DNA of 64,000 nucleotides from Mobula hypostoma (Eukaryota), in NCBI RefSeq assembly GCF_963921235.1, contig NC_086097.1, forward strand, positions 98,210,001 to 98,274,000. Direction: 5' to 3'. The notes under the pieces were generated by a model that searched no databases, was not told where the DNA came from, and saw nothing but the letters and a program-made list of their open reading frames with translations. Both the position numbers and the translations under genes were made by a program. Numbering within the stretch: position 1 is the stretch's first letter; every line of letters begins with the position of its first letter. Below, piece after piece: positions 1-13,300 of this stretch.

Positions 1-331
1 CTGACGTGCGCCAGTGTTGATCGTCAGCAAGGTGGAGATGTTATTACCAATCTGCACAGGTTGTGGTCTTTCAGTTAGGAAGTTGAGGATCCAATTGCAG
101 AAGGAGGTAAGGAGCCACATGTTCTGTAGCTTTTCAAACAAGACTGTGGGAATGATGGTGTTAAACGCTGAGCTATAGTCAATGAACAGCATTCTGACAA
201 AGGTGTTTGTATTGTCCAGGTGATCCAAGGCCACATGGAGAGCCATTGAGATCACGTCTACTGTAGACCTATTGTGGCAATGACCCTGGGTGATGACCTC
301 GTGATTTCAGTCTCTGAAACTGATGTGAGAG
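1..331. mobile_element. Rex1/Babar-like LINE fragments (minus piece 1-~283, plus piece ~284-331 that continues at ~9853)
   Basis: RT-region sequence similar to the Rex1-like copies at 9853-10262 and 40740-41765. Confidence 0.6.
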
Positions 332-533
332 TGCAGGTGTTTGCAAATAAAACGGAGTGAGGTATTTTTTGTTTAAGAAAAACCATCACACATTTTATTG
401 AACTCCAAAATCTGAATACCAAAGCACACAAAAAACTTTTTATGTAACTAAGTCATCACGTCAGACCAGCCTCTTAAAGTGAAACCCCAAGTCAATGTCA
501 GTGGTTGGGAATTATGTACATCTCCATTAATTA

Positions 534-3500
534 CCATATAACCATATAAACATATAACAATTACAGCACAGAAACAGGCCATCTCGGCCCTTCTAGTCCA
601 TGCCAAACGCTTACTCTCACCTAGTCCCACCGACCATAACCCTCCATTCCTTTCCTGTCCGTATATCTATCCAATTTAACTTTAAATGACAATATCGACC
701 CTGCCTCAACCACTTCAGCTGGAAGCTCGTTCCACACAGCTACCACTCTCTAAGTAAAGAAGTTCCCCCTCATGTTACCCCTAAACTTTTGCTCTCTAAC
801 TCTCAACCCATGTCCTCTTGTTTGAATCTCCCCCACTCTCAATGGAAAAAGCCTATCCACGTCAACTCTACTTATCCCCCTCATAATTTTAAATACCTCT
901 ATCAGGTCCCCCCTCAACCTTCTACGCTCCAAAGAATAAAGACCCAACTTGTTCAACCTTTCTCTGTAACTTAGGTGATGAAACCCAGGTAACATTCTAG
1001 TAAATCTTCTCTGTACTCTCTCTATTTTGTTGACGTCTTTTCTATAATTTGGTGACAAGAACTGTACACAATACTCCAAATTTGGCCTCACCAATGTCTT
1101 GTACAATTTTAACATTACATCCCAACTCCTATACTCAATGCTCAGATTAATAAAGGCCAGCATACCAAAAGCTTTCTTCACCACCCTATCCACATGAGAT
1201 TCCACCTCTAGGGAACTATGCACCATTATTCCTAGATCCCTCTGTTCTACTGCATTCTTCAATGCCCTACCATTTACCATGTATGTCCTATTTTGATTAG
1301 TCCTACCAGAATGTAGCACCTCACATTTATCAGCATTAAACTCCATCTGCCATCTTTCAGCCCACTCTTCTAACTGGCCTAAATCTCTCTGCAAGCTTTG
1401 AAAACCTACTTCATTATCCACAACTCCACCTATCTTAGTATCATCTGCATACTTACTAATCCAACTTACCACCCCATCATCCAGATCATTAATGTATATG
1501 ACAAACAACATTGGACCCAGTACAGATCCCTGAGGCACACCACTAGTCACTGGCCTCCAATCTGACAAACAGTTATCCACCACTATGCTCTGGCGTCTCC
1601 CATCCAGTCACTGCTGAATCCATTTTACTACTTCAATATTAATACCTAACGATTGAACCTTCCTAACTAACCTTCTGTGTGGAACCTTGTCAAAGGCCTT
1701 ACTGGTCCATATAGACAACATCCACTGCTTTACCCCTGTCAACTTTCCTAGTAACCTCATCAAAAAATACAATAAGATTTGTCAAACATGACCTTCCACG
1801 CACATGTTGACTGTTCCTAATCAGACCCTGTCTATCCAGATAATTATATATACCATCTCTAAGAATACTTTCCATCAATTTACCCACCACTGATGTCAAA
1901 CTCACAGGCCGATAACTGCTAGGTTTACTCTTAGAACCCTTTTTAAACAATGGAACAACATGAACAGCACACCAATCCTCCGGCACCATCTCCATTTCTA
2001 ATGACATTTGAAATATTTCTGTCAGAGCCCCTGCTATTTCCACACTAACTTCCCTCAAGGTCCTAGGGAATATATTTTCAGGACCCGGAAACTTATCCAC
2101 TTTTATATTCCTTAAAAGTGCCAGTACTTGCTCTTCTTTAATCGTCATAGTTTCCATAACTTCCCACCTTGTTTCCCTTACCTTACACAATTCAATATCC
2201 TTCTCCTTAGTGAATACCGAAGAAAAGAAATTGTTTAAAATCTCCCCCATCTCTTTTGGGTCCACACATAGCTGTCCACTCTGATTCTCTAAGGGACCAA
2301 TTTTATCCCTCACTATCCTTTTGCTATTAATATAACTGTAGAAACCCTTTGGATTTATTTGCACATTGTGTGTGTTCGTCCATTGTCGTTGTCAATGAGG
2401 ACCTCCACACCATTATGATGGTGTTGAGACTAGCGCATGATTTGGATTTACAAACGATGTAAGTGAGGGAGAGTTGCACAGCGTCAGCTGCACTCTCTCT
2501 TCCCAATTCCCATCTGGATCCAGTGGCAAGACAGAGTCGAGATGGCTGGAGATGGGACTAGGTGCAGTGGATGACCAGGACATCTTCTGTTTCTTGTCCT
2601 GCTTTACACGTTCCACGACGCTTGCAGAGACTGCCTTCTTGACCGTTGGTCTCATTTGCTCAATCTGCCGGAGTCTGTCTTCACGTGCAGGGATAGACAA
2701 CTCCCTATCTCACCGAGGGTTTGAGACCCGTCGGCCACCCTCACCTGGTTTGGCCGGCTTGTTGAAGCCGTTGCCCGGGGTGTGGCCGCTGTCACATGCA
2801 AACAGCTACAGGGAGCCACAGGTGAGAGCTGAGTGCCAGCTGGGGACCAGAGGTGGACACACTGCTTTGAAAAGGACACAACATGTTCCCCCACCAGAGG
2901 TGTTACCCCCTCCCTGACGCCCCATATAGCCCTATTTTCACCTTACCTGCCAAAGCAGCCTCGTATCTTCTTTTAGCTTTTCTAATATCTTTCTTAAGAT
3001 TCTTTTTACATCCTTTATATTCCTCGAGCACCTCATTTACTCCATGCTGCCTATATTTATTGTACGTTTGTAGATATCTCTCTTTTTCCAAATCAAGTTT
3101 CCAATATCCCTTGAAAACCATGGCTCTCTCAAACTTCTAACCTTTCCTTTCAACCTAACAGGAACATAAAGGTTCTGTAGCCTCAAAATTTCACCTTTAA
3201 ATGACCTCCATTTCTCTATTACATCCTTCCCATAAAACAAATGGTCCCAATTCCCTCCTTCTAAACCCTTTCGCATCTCCTTAAAGTTAGCCTTTCTCCA
3301 ATCAAAAATCTCAACCCTGGGTCCAGACCTATCCTTCTCCATAATTGTATTGAAACTAATGACATTGTGATCACTGGATCTGAAGTGCTCCCCAACACAT
3401 ACCTCCGTCACCTGCCCTATCTCATTTCCTAACAGGAGATCCAACACTGCCCCTTCTCTAGTTGGTATCTCTATGTATTGCTGCAAAAAACTATCCTGCA

Positions 3501-5276
3501 CACATTTTACAAACTCCAAATCATCCAGCCCTTTTACAGTATGGGCTTCCCAGTCTACGTGTGGAAAATTAAAATCTCCCACAATCACAGCCTTGTGCTT
3601 ACTACAAATATCTGCTCTCTCCTTACAAATTTGCTCCTCCAATTCTCGCTCCCCATTAGGTGGTCTATAATACACCCCTATAAGTGTTACTACACCTTTC
3701 CCATTCCTCAATTCCACCCAAATAGCCTCCCTAGACGAGCCCTCCAATCTATCCTACCAGAGCACCGCTGTAATATTTTCTCTGACAAGCAATGCAACAC
3801 CTCCCCCTCTTGTCCCTCCGATTCTATCACACCTGAAGCAATTAAATCCAGGAATATTTAGTTGTCAATCACACCCCTCCTGCAACCATGTTTCACTAAT
3901 AGCTACAACATCATACTTCCAGGTATCAATCCATGCTCTAAGCTCTTCCACCTTTCTTACAATGCTCCTAGCATTAAAATAAATGCATTTAAGAAAATTT
4001 CCACCTCTTAGTCTGTTTATCACTAACAGTGCAAACAACTTTACTATCTCCTTTTCCTTCCTTCTCCCCTACATCTGTTCTTACACTCTGGTTCCCCTCC
4101 CCCCTTGTATCTAGTTTAAATCCACCGGAGCCTCTCTAGCAAACCTACCTGCGAGAGTATTTGTCCCCCTCCAGTTCAGATGTAAACCGTCCCGCCGGAA
4201 CAGGTCCCACCTTCCTTAGAAAACTGCCCAATTATCTATAAATCTGAAGCCCTCCCTCCTGCACCATGTCTTCAGCCACGTGTTGATCTGCGCTATCTTA
4301 CTATTTCTAAACCCGCCTGCACGTGGCACTGGTAGCAATCCTGAGATTGCTATCCTGGAGGTTCTGTCCTTTAACTCGGTGCCTAACTCCCTAAACTCAC
4401 CTTTCAGGACCTCCTCACTCTTCCTACCCACGTCATTGGTCCCTACATGGACCACGACATCTGGCTGCTCACCCTCCCTCTTGAGAATACCAAGAACTCG
4501 ATCCGAGATATCGTGGACCCTGGCACCAGGGAGGCAACAGACCATCCGGGATTTTCGATCTCTTCCACAGAACCTCTTATCTGTCCCCTTAACTACCGAA
4601 TCCTCTATCACTACTGCTCTTCTCTTTTCCCTCCTTGCCTTCTGAGCTGAGGGTCCAGTCTTGGTGCCAGAGATGCAACCACTACAACTTGTCCCTGGTA
4701 GGTTGTCCCCATCAACAGTATCCAAAATGATATACTTATTATTGGTGGGAACGGCCACAGGGGTGTTCTGCTCATTCTGTCTCTTCCCCTTCCCTCTCCT
4801 GACAGTCACTCAGCAACCTGTCTCCTGTCTCTTCGGGGTGACTATCTCTCTGCAACTCCTGTTTATTTCTGCCTCTGCCTCCTGAATGATCCGAAGTTCA
4901 TCCAGCTCCAGTTCCAGTTCCCTAACTCGGTTTGTCAGGAGTTGCAGCTGGATGCACCTTTTACAGGTGTAGTCATCTGGGACAATTGTGTTCGCCCTGA
5001 CTTCCCGGATACTGCAAACAGAGCACTCAACTGCCCTAACTGCTGCCTCCATTACCTACTCTTAAGGTAATTAAATTAATTAAAGGAACTTACCCAGCCT
5101 TACCTCACTTGGAGTGAAGCTCGTTCTTCAGCCTCTGATCGTCAAAGCCTTCCTACTCTGTCTCCCACTACTCCGTTGCCCGCTCCGTTAATCTGCTCAC
5201 TTTTAAACACTCCCACTGCCTCACAGTCCGACTTACATGCGCCTGCGCAGTCGTGCCCTGTTCAACTGCCGAATAT
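534..5276 (-). mobile_element. Near full-length CR1 LINE inserted in the Gypsy 3' LTR
   Basis: ORF1 4111-5052 (CxxC zinc finger, leucine zipper, SGNH esterase; two in-frame stops); ORF2 APE endonuclease (3037-3747) and RT (1699-2364, 750-1583 with YADD); 3' (TTATATGG)n-type tail; flanking ATTA duplication at 530-533 and 5277-5280. Confidence 0.95.
2361..2932 (-). mobile_element. 572-bp non-autonomous RTE-related retroposon inserted in CR1 ORF2
   Basis: Interrupts the CR1 sequence GGATTTATTTTCACC with a TATTT duplication (2356-2360, 2933-2937); no credible ORF; 3' end ...TGGACGAACACACAC resembles RTE tails (recalled). Confidence 0.7.
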
Positions 5277-7344
5277 ATTATGTTACCCTACACCACAACC
5301 ACCTCCCAGAATCCACTAAAACTGGCGTTGTGATCCTGTCTGGAGCTCGGGTGGAGGAACAGCAGGGTACCTCTGGCTCATCCAGAGGGGCATTGACTTG
5401 CTCATGGTCATGTCGTGATGCCAGGGGCCTGCTCGCAGAATCCTCCAAACCTTGCTGGGCTGGTTTAAGGTGATCTAACAAAGTATGTTCAGGTTTACCC
5501 ATCTTATCTATGATAAAGGTCTTTTCTCCCTGTTCCAAAATACAGAACAGGCCACCGTAAGGGGTCCTAGCGAGACGCTGGTGTGCATCACGGTGGATGA
5601 AAACAATATAGGTTAACAGGAACCCAGGGGTGCTGTACGCCACGATGGGAGGTGAGAGCAGGTGACGAGGAGGGTGGAATGCTGTCCAGGGTCTGCCCAG
5701 TCAGCGGCGTCAGGAATAAATTCACCTGGCACTCATAACGGCTGTCTGTATACCAACTCAGCCACAGATGAGACAGGTCCTCTTTTGGAGCTGTTCTGAG
5801 ACCCAGCAAGGCTCACAGGAGATAAACATGTCTGCACTCGTCAGTCGGGGTAGACCTCAGAGCAGCCTTGAAGGAACGGTGGAACTGCTGACGTAGACGA
5901 TTGGACTGTGGGTGATACATTGTGGTGGGATGTAGCCTAACACTGCGGTCTGATTTGAATTGGGGACCGAGGTCAGAGGAAGTATCAGATGGGGTACCAG
6001 ACCGAGCAAGCTGGGTGTTGATGAACGCCTGAGTCGCGTTGGTGCCTGTCACAATAATAGAGGCCACCCTGGTGGTACGGTCCACTATGGAAAGGAGGTG
6101 CATGAAACCAAGGGGAGGAAGGGAACCAACAAGGTCCACATTGACATGGTCAACTATCACTCGGACCTTAAAAGGTGCCAATGGCGGCTGGACATGACGG
6201 TTAATTGTTGTCCGCTGGCATTCCGCGTAGGTCGCGGTCCAATCACACAAGTCTTTTCTAAGGCCGTGCCACATGAACTTTAGTGCAACCAGTTTCCGGG
6301 AGGCCTTCTGGTTCAGATGTGAGAGGCCATGTATGCAGTGAAAAGCAGTCCGCCTCCAGTTTGCTGGCACTATGGGTGAGGGTGACCAACTGAGACTCTG
6401 CATAGGAGAGAAACCCAGGCTTCACTGAACTTGATGTCAGCCCATGACTGTTGTTCAGTAAGCCTGAACCTTTGGGTCAGTTGGGTATGACCTCAGCATC
6501 TGCTCATAAGAGGCAATCAGACGTGTAGGCTAGGAGGCGTCGCTGCCATGCGGACCAAGAGTCTGATACTTTGGCCATCGCGTGCACGAGGGGTTTGTAG
6601 TCAACGCTGTGAAATGGTGACTCTGCGGAAGGAAACTAAAACGGCAGACAGCCAGATAGAGACCAAGAAGGTCATGGTCAAACGTGCTGTACTTCCTTCT
6701 GTGGGAACAGAGCAGGCGACTGCCACACACCTCTGATCAACTGTTCGTGCACAGCACCCACAGCATAGTCTGAAGCATCAGTAGTGATGGCTGCAGGTGC
6801 ATTGGGGGTGGGTGTGTCAGTAGGATGGTGTTGGAAAGAGCTCGTTTGGTATCATCAAATGCTCTGGTCGTGTCTGCTGACCAGTCAAGCACACTTTTAG
6901 AGGTATTGCCTCTAAGCGCACTCCTCAGGGGAGCTTAAGTTCACAGCTCGTGGAATGGTTTTGCCCCTTCTGCGGAGATGCAATGGCCGAGAAAGTCAAT
7001 GGTTGACAACCTAAACTGGCATTTAGTAGGATTAATAATCAACCCGTGTTGGCTGAAATGCTGAAGAAGTGTGTGGAGATGAGATACTTGTTCAGATTCG
7101 GATGCACTGGTGACAAGTATGTCACCAGGTAAACAAGGAGAAAACCTAAACCTTTTAATACAGAGTCCATCAGCCATTGGAAAGTCTGTGCTGCATTTTT
7201 CAGCCCGAGTGGCATGCACAGAAACTCAAAGAGGCCAAACAAGGTTATCACAGCCATCTTGAATATGTCCTCCAAGCACACCGGCACCTGTTGGTAGCCC
7301 CTGACTAGATCGACTTTGGAAAATATTAACTTTCTGGCTAAATG

Positions 7345-7580
7345 CTTCTGCCGTCAGGTAGAAGGTACAGGAGCCTCAGGACTGGCACCAGCCGGTTCAA
7401 AACCAGTTAGTAACCCTCAGCCGTCAGGCTTTTGAACAGAAGGGTGTAGCTCCACTCATTTGAAGGGCTCTTTTATCTTGTTATTTTGTGCTGCCTGTTT
7501 ATTGCAATTCATTTATATTTGCATTTGCACAGTTTGTTGTTCATTGGTCCTGTTTCTAAGTATGCCCACAGAAAAAGAGT
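7345..7580 (+). mobile_element. Rex1-like LINE 3' end fragment inside the Gypsy element
   Basis: CCGTCAGGTAGAAGGTACAGGAGCC motif shared with the Rex1-like 3' region at ~41480. Confidence 0.55.
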
Positions 7581-7739
7581 CTGCTGTCACTGGTGGCCTT
7601 CAGTGAGGTTTCATCGTTCTTTGCCTTCTCATCAAGTCGATGCTGGCAGCACGTTAACTTGGGTGCCCGTGTCACACAGGGGGTGTCACTCTGAATGGGT
7701 GTCTATAGAGAAAAGTAGATTTCCCTGGCAGCTGAAACC

Positions 7740-8956
7740 CACAGATTCATCACAATCTCGTAAAGAAATTCCTCCTTATTATCTCCATTCTAAAACGACA
7801 TCCATCTATTCTGAGGCTGTGTCCTCTGGTCTTAGCCTCCTCCACCATAGATAACATCCTCTCCACATCCACTCTATTGAGCCCTTCCAACATTCAATAG
7901 GTTTCAATGAGGCCATTCTTCTGAATTCCAATGAGTAGAGGCCCAGAGCCATCAAACACCCCCCATATGACGCCTTTCAATCTTGGGATCATTTTTGTGA
8001 ATCTCCTTTGAACCCTCTCCAATGTCAATACATTATAATAATAATAGATAAGGGACTAAAAACTGTTCACAATACTCCAAGTGAGGCCTCGCCAGTGCCT
8101 TATACAGCCTCAACATTACATCCTTGCTTTTATAATCTAGTCCTCTCAAAATGAATGCTAACATTGCATTTGCCTTCCTCACCACCAACTCAACCTGCAA
8201 GTTAATCTTTAGGGAATCCTGCACAAGGACTCCCAAGTCCCTTTGCACCTCGCATTTTATGAATTTCCTCTCCATTTAGAAAATAGTTTATGCTTTTTAT
8301 TTCTTCTACCAAAGTGTGTGACTCTACACTTCCCAACACTGTATTCCACCTGCCACTTCTTTGCCCATTCTCCTAATCTGTCTAAGTCCTTCTGTAGTCT
8401 CTCTACTTCCTCAAAACTACGTACCCCTCCGCCTATCTTCAAGTCTGCAAACTTGGCCACAAAGCCATCAATTCCATCGTTCAAATCATTGACATATAAT
8501 GCAAAAAGTAGAGGTCCTAACACAGACCCCTGTGGAACACTACTAGTCACTGGCAGTCAGCCAGTAAAGGCTCCCTTTATTCCCACTCTTTGCTTCCTGC
8601 CAATCAGCCAATGCTCTATGCATGCTAGTATCTTTCCTGTAATACCCTGGGCTCTTCACTAGTTAAGCAGCCTCATGTGTGGCACCTTGTCAAAGTCCTT
8701 CTGAAAATGCAAGTTCACAACATCCACTGACTCCTGCTTGTTGTTTATTCAAAGAGTTCTAACAGATTTGTCAGGCAAGATTTTCCATTGAGGAAACCAT
8801 GCAGACTATGGCCGATTTTATCATGTGCCTCCTAGTACCCTGACACCTCATTCTTAATAATCGACTCCAACATCTTCCCAACCACTAAGGTCAGACTAAC
8901 TGACCTATAGTTTCCTTTCTTCTGCCTCTCTCCCTTCTTGAAGAGTGGAGTGACAT
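7740..8956 (-). mobile_element. CR1 RT fragment inside the Gypsy element
   Basis: ORFs 8033..8275 and 8257..8550 (VPQGSVLGPLLF, FAD, RPHLEYC). Confidence 0.9.
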
Positions 8957-9852
8957 TATGAGACTATTATCAGAACCATAAGACAGATTTCTGATCTCCC
9001 AATCTGTCATGTTATGGCCCTTGCAAATTAGTGACTGCCTGCACTGCACTTTTTCCATGATTGTAACACTGTTCTGCACTCTGTTGTATTTTCACCTCTA
9101 CCACCTCAACACCCTGTGTAACGAAAAAATCTGAATGGATGAGAAGTCTTCCCATTGGAGCACAGTATGTGAAACCATGCAGACTTGGCACCACCCCCTC
9201 TCTCACTCACCCTCCGCTGCCTTGGATCCGTCTAGAGTTCTTTAAAAGTAAAATAAGCATGGTGATCTCCCAGGAGAGATAGCATGTGATCCATTAGCTC
9301 CAAAGGCCAAGCATCACCGAGAACGGGTAAGGAGAGCAACTGTTTGGCGCGCTCAGACTCCGACAGTCCAAAAGTCTGGAAAAGGTGAGTTTTCAGTGAG
9401 CTGTATTTAATGTTCGGTCGGGTGTTCTAGTAGAACTCTCTCACAGCTGTGGAGTTACTGACTGATGCTACCACATAGAAATATTTGGTGTTGTCTGAGA
9501 TTACTTGAAGTGCTGATTGGGCTTCAGCTTGTACGAACCAAGCGATGGTATTTTGTTCCCAAAACTCCAACAGTTTTAAAGCGACTGTGTTGGCCGACAT
9601 GTTCAATAATTCTGGAATCGTCTCGAGCATTGGGGTCATCAATGTGGGTTTTTGCAATTAAAACAAAGTGAGGTGTTTTGTTTAAGAAAAACCACAATGT
9701 GCTTTACTGAACTCCAAAACCTGACACCAAAGCACACTAAAATCCCTTTACATAATTATGTTATCTTGTTAGACGAGCCTCTTAAAGTGAACCACAAGTC
9801 AATGTTGGTGGTTGTGAATTATTTACATTTCCACCAATTATGTTACTCTACC

Positions 9853-10262
9853 AGAACATCATTCAGAAGGTATCCGGTCCAGACGGTGTACCCAGCTGAG
9901 TACAAAATACCTGTGCTGATCAACTGGCTGGAGTGTTCACCACGATCTTTAACCTCTCACTTTGGCAGTCTGAGGTTCCCACCTGCTTGAAGCAGGTTTC
10001 AATTACACCTAAGAAACATGTGCTAATCTCCCTCAATGACCATTGTCCAGTAGAACTTAGATAATGAAGTGCTTTGAGAGGTTGGTGATGAAACATATCA
10101 ACTCATACCTGAGAGGAGACCTAGATCCACTCCAATTTGTCTACTGTCACAACAGGTCAACAGCAGTTGCCATCTCATTGGTTCTTCACACAACCCTGGA
10201 ACATCTGGACAGCGAAGGTCCATATATCAGGATGCTCTTCATTGACCACAGCTCAGTATTTA
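9853..10262 (+). mobile_element. Rex1/Babar-like LINE RT fragment
   Basis: ORF 10064..10306 MKCFERLV...LDPLQF...NRST...RMLFID. Confidence 0.8.
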
Positions 10263-10310
10263 GCGTCAGTGGGTGTTGTTTACTTCAATTTTCAGAAGGC
10301 ATTTGAGGAG

Positions 10311-13300
10311 ACCATGGTATAGGAGCGGAATTAGGCTATTTGGCCCATCAAGTCTGCTCGGCTATTGAATCATGGCTGATCCTTTTTTCCCCTCCTCAGC
10401 TCCACTCCCTGCAACCTTTGATGCTGTGTCTGACCAAGAACCTATCAAGCTCTGCCTTAAACTCACCCAGCGGCCTGACCTCCACAGCTGCCGATAGTAA
10501 CAAATTCCACAACTTTACCACCTTCTGGCTAAAGAAATTTCACCACATCTCTGTTTTAGATGGAAGCCCCTCTATCCTGTCGCTGTGCCCACTTGTCCTA
10601 GACTCCCCCACCATGGAAAACATCTTTTTCAAATCTATTCTGTCTAGGCCTTTCAACATTCAAAAGGTTTCAATGAGATCCCCCCTCATTCTTCTAAATT
10701 CCTGGGAGTACAGACCCAGAGATATTAAACATTCTTCGTATGATAACCCTTTCATTCCCGGAATCAGCCTTGTGAACCTCCTCTGGACCCTCTCCAACGC
10801 CAGCACATCCTTTTCTGAGATGAGGAGCCCAAAACTGTTCACAATACTCAAGGTGAGGCCTTGCCAATGCCTTATAAAGCCTCAACATCACATCCCTGCT
10901 CTTGTATTCTAGACCTCTTGAATGAATGATAACATTGCATTTGCCTTCCTCACCATTGACTCTACCTGTAAGTTAACCTTTAGGGTGTTCTGCACAAGGA
11001 CTCCCAAGACCCTTTGCATCTCAGATTTTTGGATTTTCTCTCCATTTAGAAAATAGTCTGCACATTCATTTCTACCACCAAAGTGCATGACCATGCATTT
11101 TCCAACAACGTATTTCATTTGCCACTCTCTTGTCCATTCTCCTAATCCGTCTAAGTCCTTCTGCAGCCTACCTGTTCCTCAACACTAGCGGGCCACCAAT
11201 CTTCATATCAACTGCAAACTTGGCAGCAAAGCCATCTATTCCATCATCTAAATCATTGATATGCGGCATAAAGAAAAGCAGTCCCAACACCAATCCCTGT
11301 AGAACACCACTAGTCACTGGCAACCAACCAGAAAAGGATCCTCTTATTCTCACTCACTGCCTCCTACCAATCAGCCAATGCTCTAATCATGCCAGTAACT
11401 TTCCTGTAGTACCGTGGGCTTTTCACTTGGTTACCAGCTTCATGTGTGGCACCTTGTCAAAGGACTTCTGAAAATCCAAATATATTACATCCGCAGCATC
11501 CCCTTTATTTGTAATCTCCTCAAAGAACTCCAACAGGTTCGCCAGGCAGGATTTTCCCTTAGGGAAACCATGCTGACTTTGTCCTGTCTTGTCTTGTGTC
11601 ACCAAGTACTACATAACCTCATCCTTAAAAATTGACTCCAACATCTTCCCAACCACTGAGGTCAGGCTAACTGGTCTATAATTTCCTTTCTACTGCCTTC
11701 CTCCTTTATTAAAGAGTGGAGTGATGTTTGCAATTTTCCAGTCCTCTGGAACCCTGGCAGAGCCCAATGATTTTTGAAAGATCATTATTAATGCCTCCAC
11801 AATCTCTACCAATTCCTCTTTCAGAACCCTAGGGTGCAGTTCATTTAGTCCAGGTGACTTACGTCTTTCAACTTTTGGAGCACCTCCTTCCGTGTAATAA
11901 TAACTGCATTCACCTCCCTCACACCCTTCAACATCTGGCACACTGCTAGTGTAGTCCACAGTGAAAACTGATGTAAAATACTCATTGAGTTCATTTGCAA
12001 TCTCCTCCCCCCCCCCATTATTATCTGTCTGGCCTCATTTTCTGGTAGTCCCATATCTACTCTCATCTCTAATTTTTTTTAAAAACATACTTGAAAAAAA
12101 GTTTTTACTATCCTTTTTGATATTGTTTGCCAGCTTGTTTTCATATTTCATCTTTTCCCTAATGATTGTTTTCGTTGCTCTCTGTAGGTTTTTAGAAGCT
12201 TCCCAATCCTGTCTTCCCACTATTTTTTGCTTTGTTGTATGCCCTCTCTTTTGCTTTTATATTAGCTTTGACTTCCATTGTCAGCCATGGTTGTACTATT
12301 ATGAACTCAATCATATTGTGATCACTGTCTCCTAAGGGTTCTTTTACCTTAAACTCCCTTAAACTCTGGTTCATTACATAACACCCAATCCAGTATAGCT
12401 GATCCCCTAGTCAGCTCAATGACAAACTGCTCTAAAAAGCTATCTCATTTGCATTTTACACTCTCTCTTGAGATCCATTACCAATCTGATTTTCCCAATT
12501 GACCTGCATTTTGAAATCTCCCATGACTATCATAACATTGCCCTTTTGATACGCCTTTTCTATTTCCTGATGTAACCTGTGGTCCACATCCCAGCTGCTG
12601 TTGGGAGGTCAGTATTTAACTGCCATCAGGGTCTTTTTACCCTTGCAGTTCCTTAACTCAACCCACAAAGATTCATCTTCCAATCCTGTGTCACATCTTT
12701 CTACTGATTTGATGTCATTCTTTACCAGCAGAGCCACACCACCCCCTCTGCCTTCCTTCCTATCCCTCCAAAGCAACGTGTAGCCTTGGACATTCAGCTC
12801 CCAACTACAACCATCCTTCAGCCATGATTCAGTGATGGCCACAACATCATACCTGGCAATCTGTAATAGTGCAACAAGATCATCCACCTTCTTTCTTATA
12901 CTCTGTGCATTGAGATGTAACACTGAGTACTGCATTTGCGACACTTTTTGATTCTGCATCCCTAATGCACTGATACTCACTCTGCTGGCTGCAGTTTTGT
13001 CCTATCATCTGCCTGCCCTTCCTGACAGTCTGACTGCATGCTGTCTTTGCTTTTTTAACCATCAGTCCTATCCTGAGTCTCCTTCACTCCAGCTCCCACC
13101 CCCTGCCAAATTATCTTAAACAATCCCCAACAGCTTTAACAAACCAGCCCACGAGAATATTGGTTCCCCTCTGGTTCAGGTGCAACCCATCACTTTTGAA
13201 CAGGTCATACCTCCCCCAGAAGAGATCCCAATGATCCAAGAACCTGAAGCCCTGCCCCCAGCTTCTCAGGCACAGATCAATCTGCCAAATCATCCTGTTC

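Larger units (their letters stand above)
332..9852 (-). mobile_element. Degraded Gypsy/Ty3 LTR retrotransposon with nested insertions
   Basis: 5' LTR ~9643-9852; 3' LTR split into 5277-5297 and 332-533. tRNA-Trp-like PBS TGATGACCCC at ~9632-9641. Gag (ALKLLEFWEQNTIAWFVQAEAQ) 9427-9620, protease LCDTGTQV ~7640-7680, RT (MPLGLKNAAQTFQ) 6941-7340, RNase H ~6500-6900, integrase 5813-6403. PPT at 5298-5314. Confidence 0.9.
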
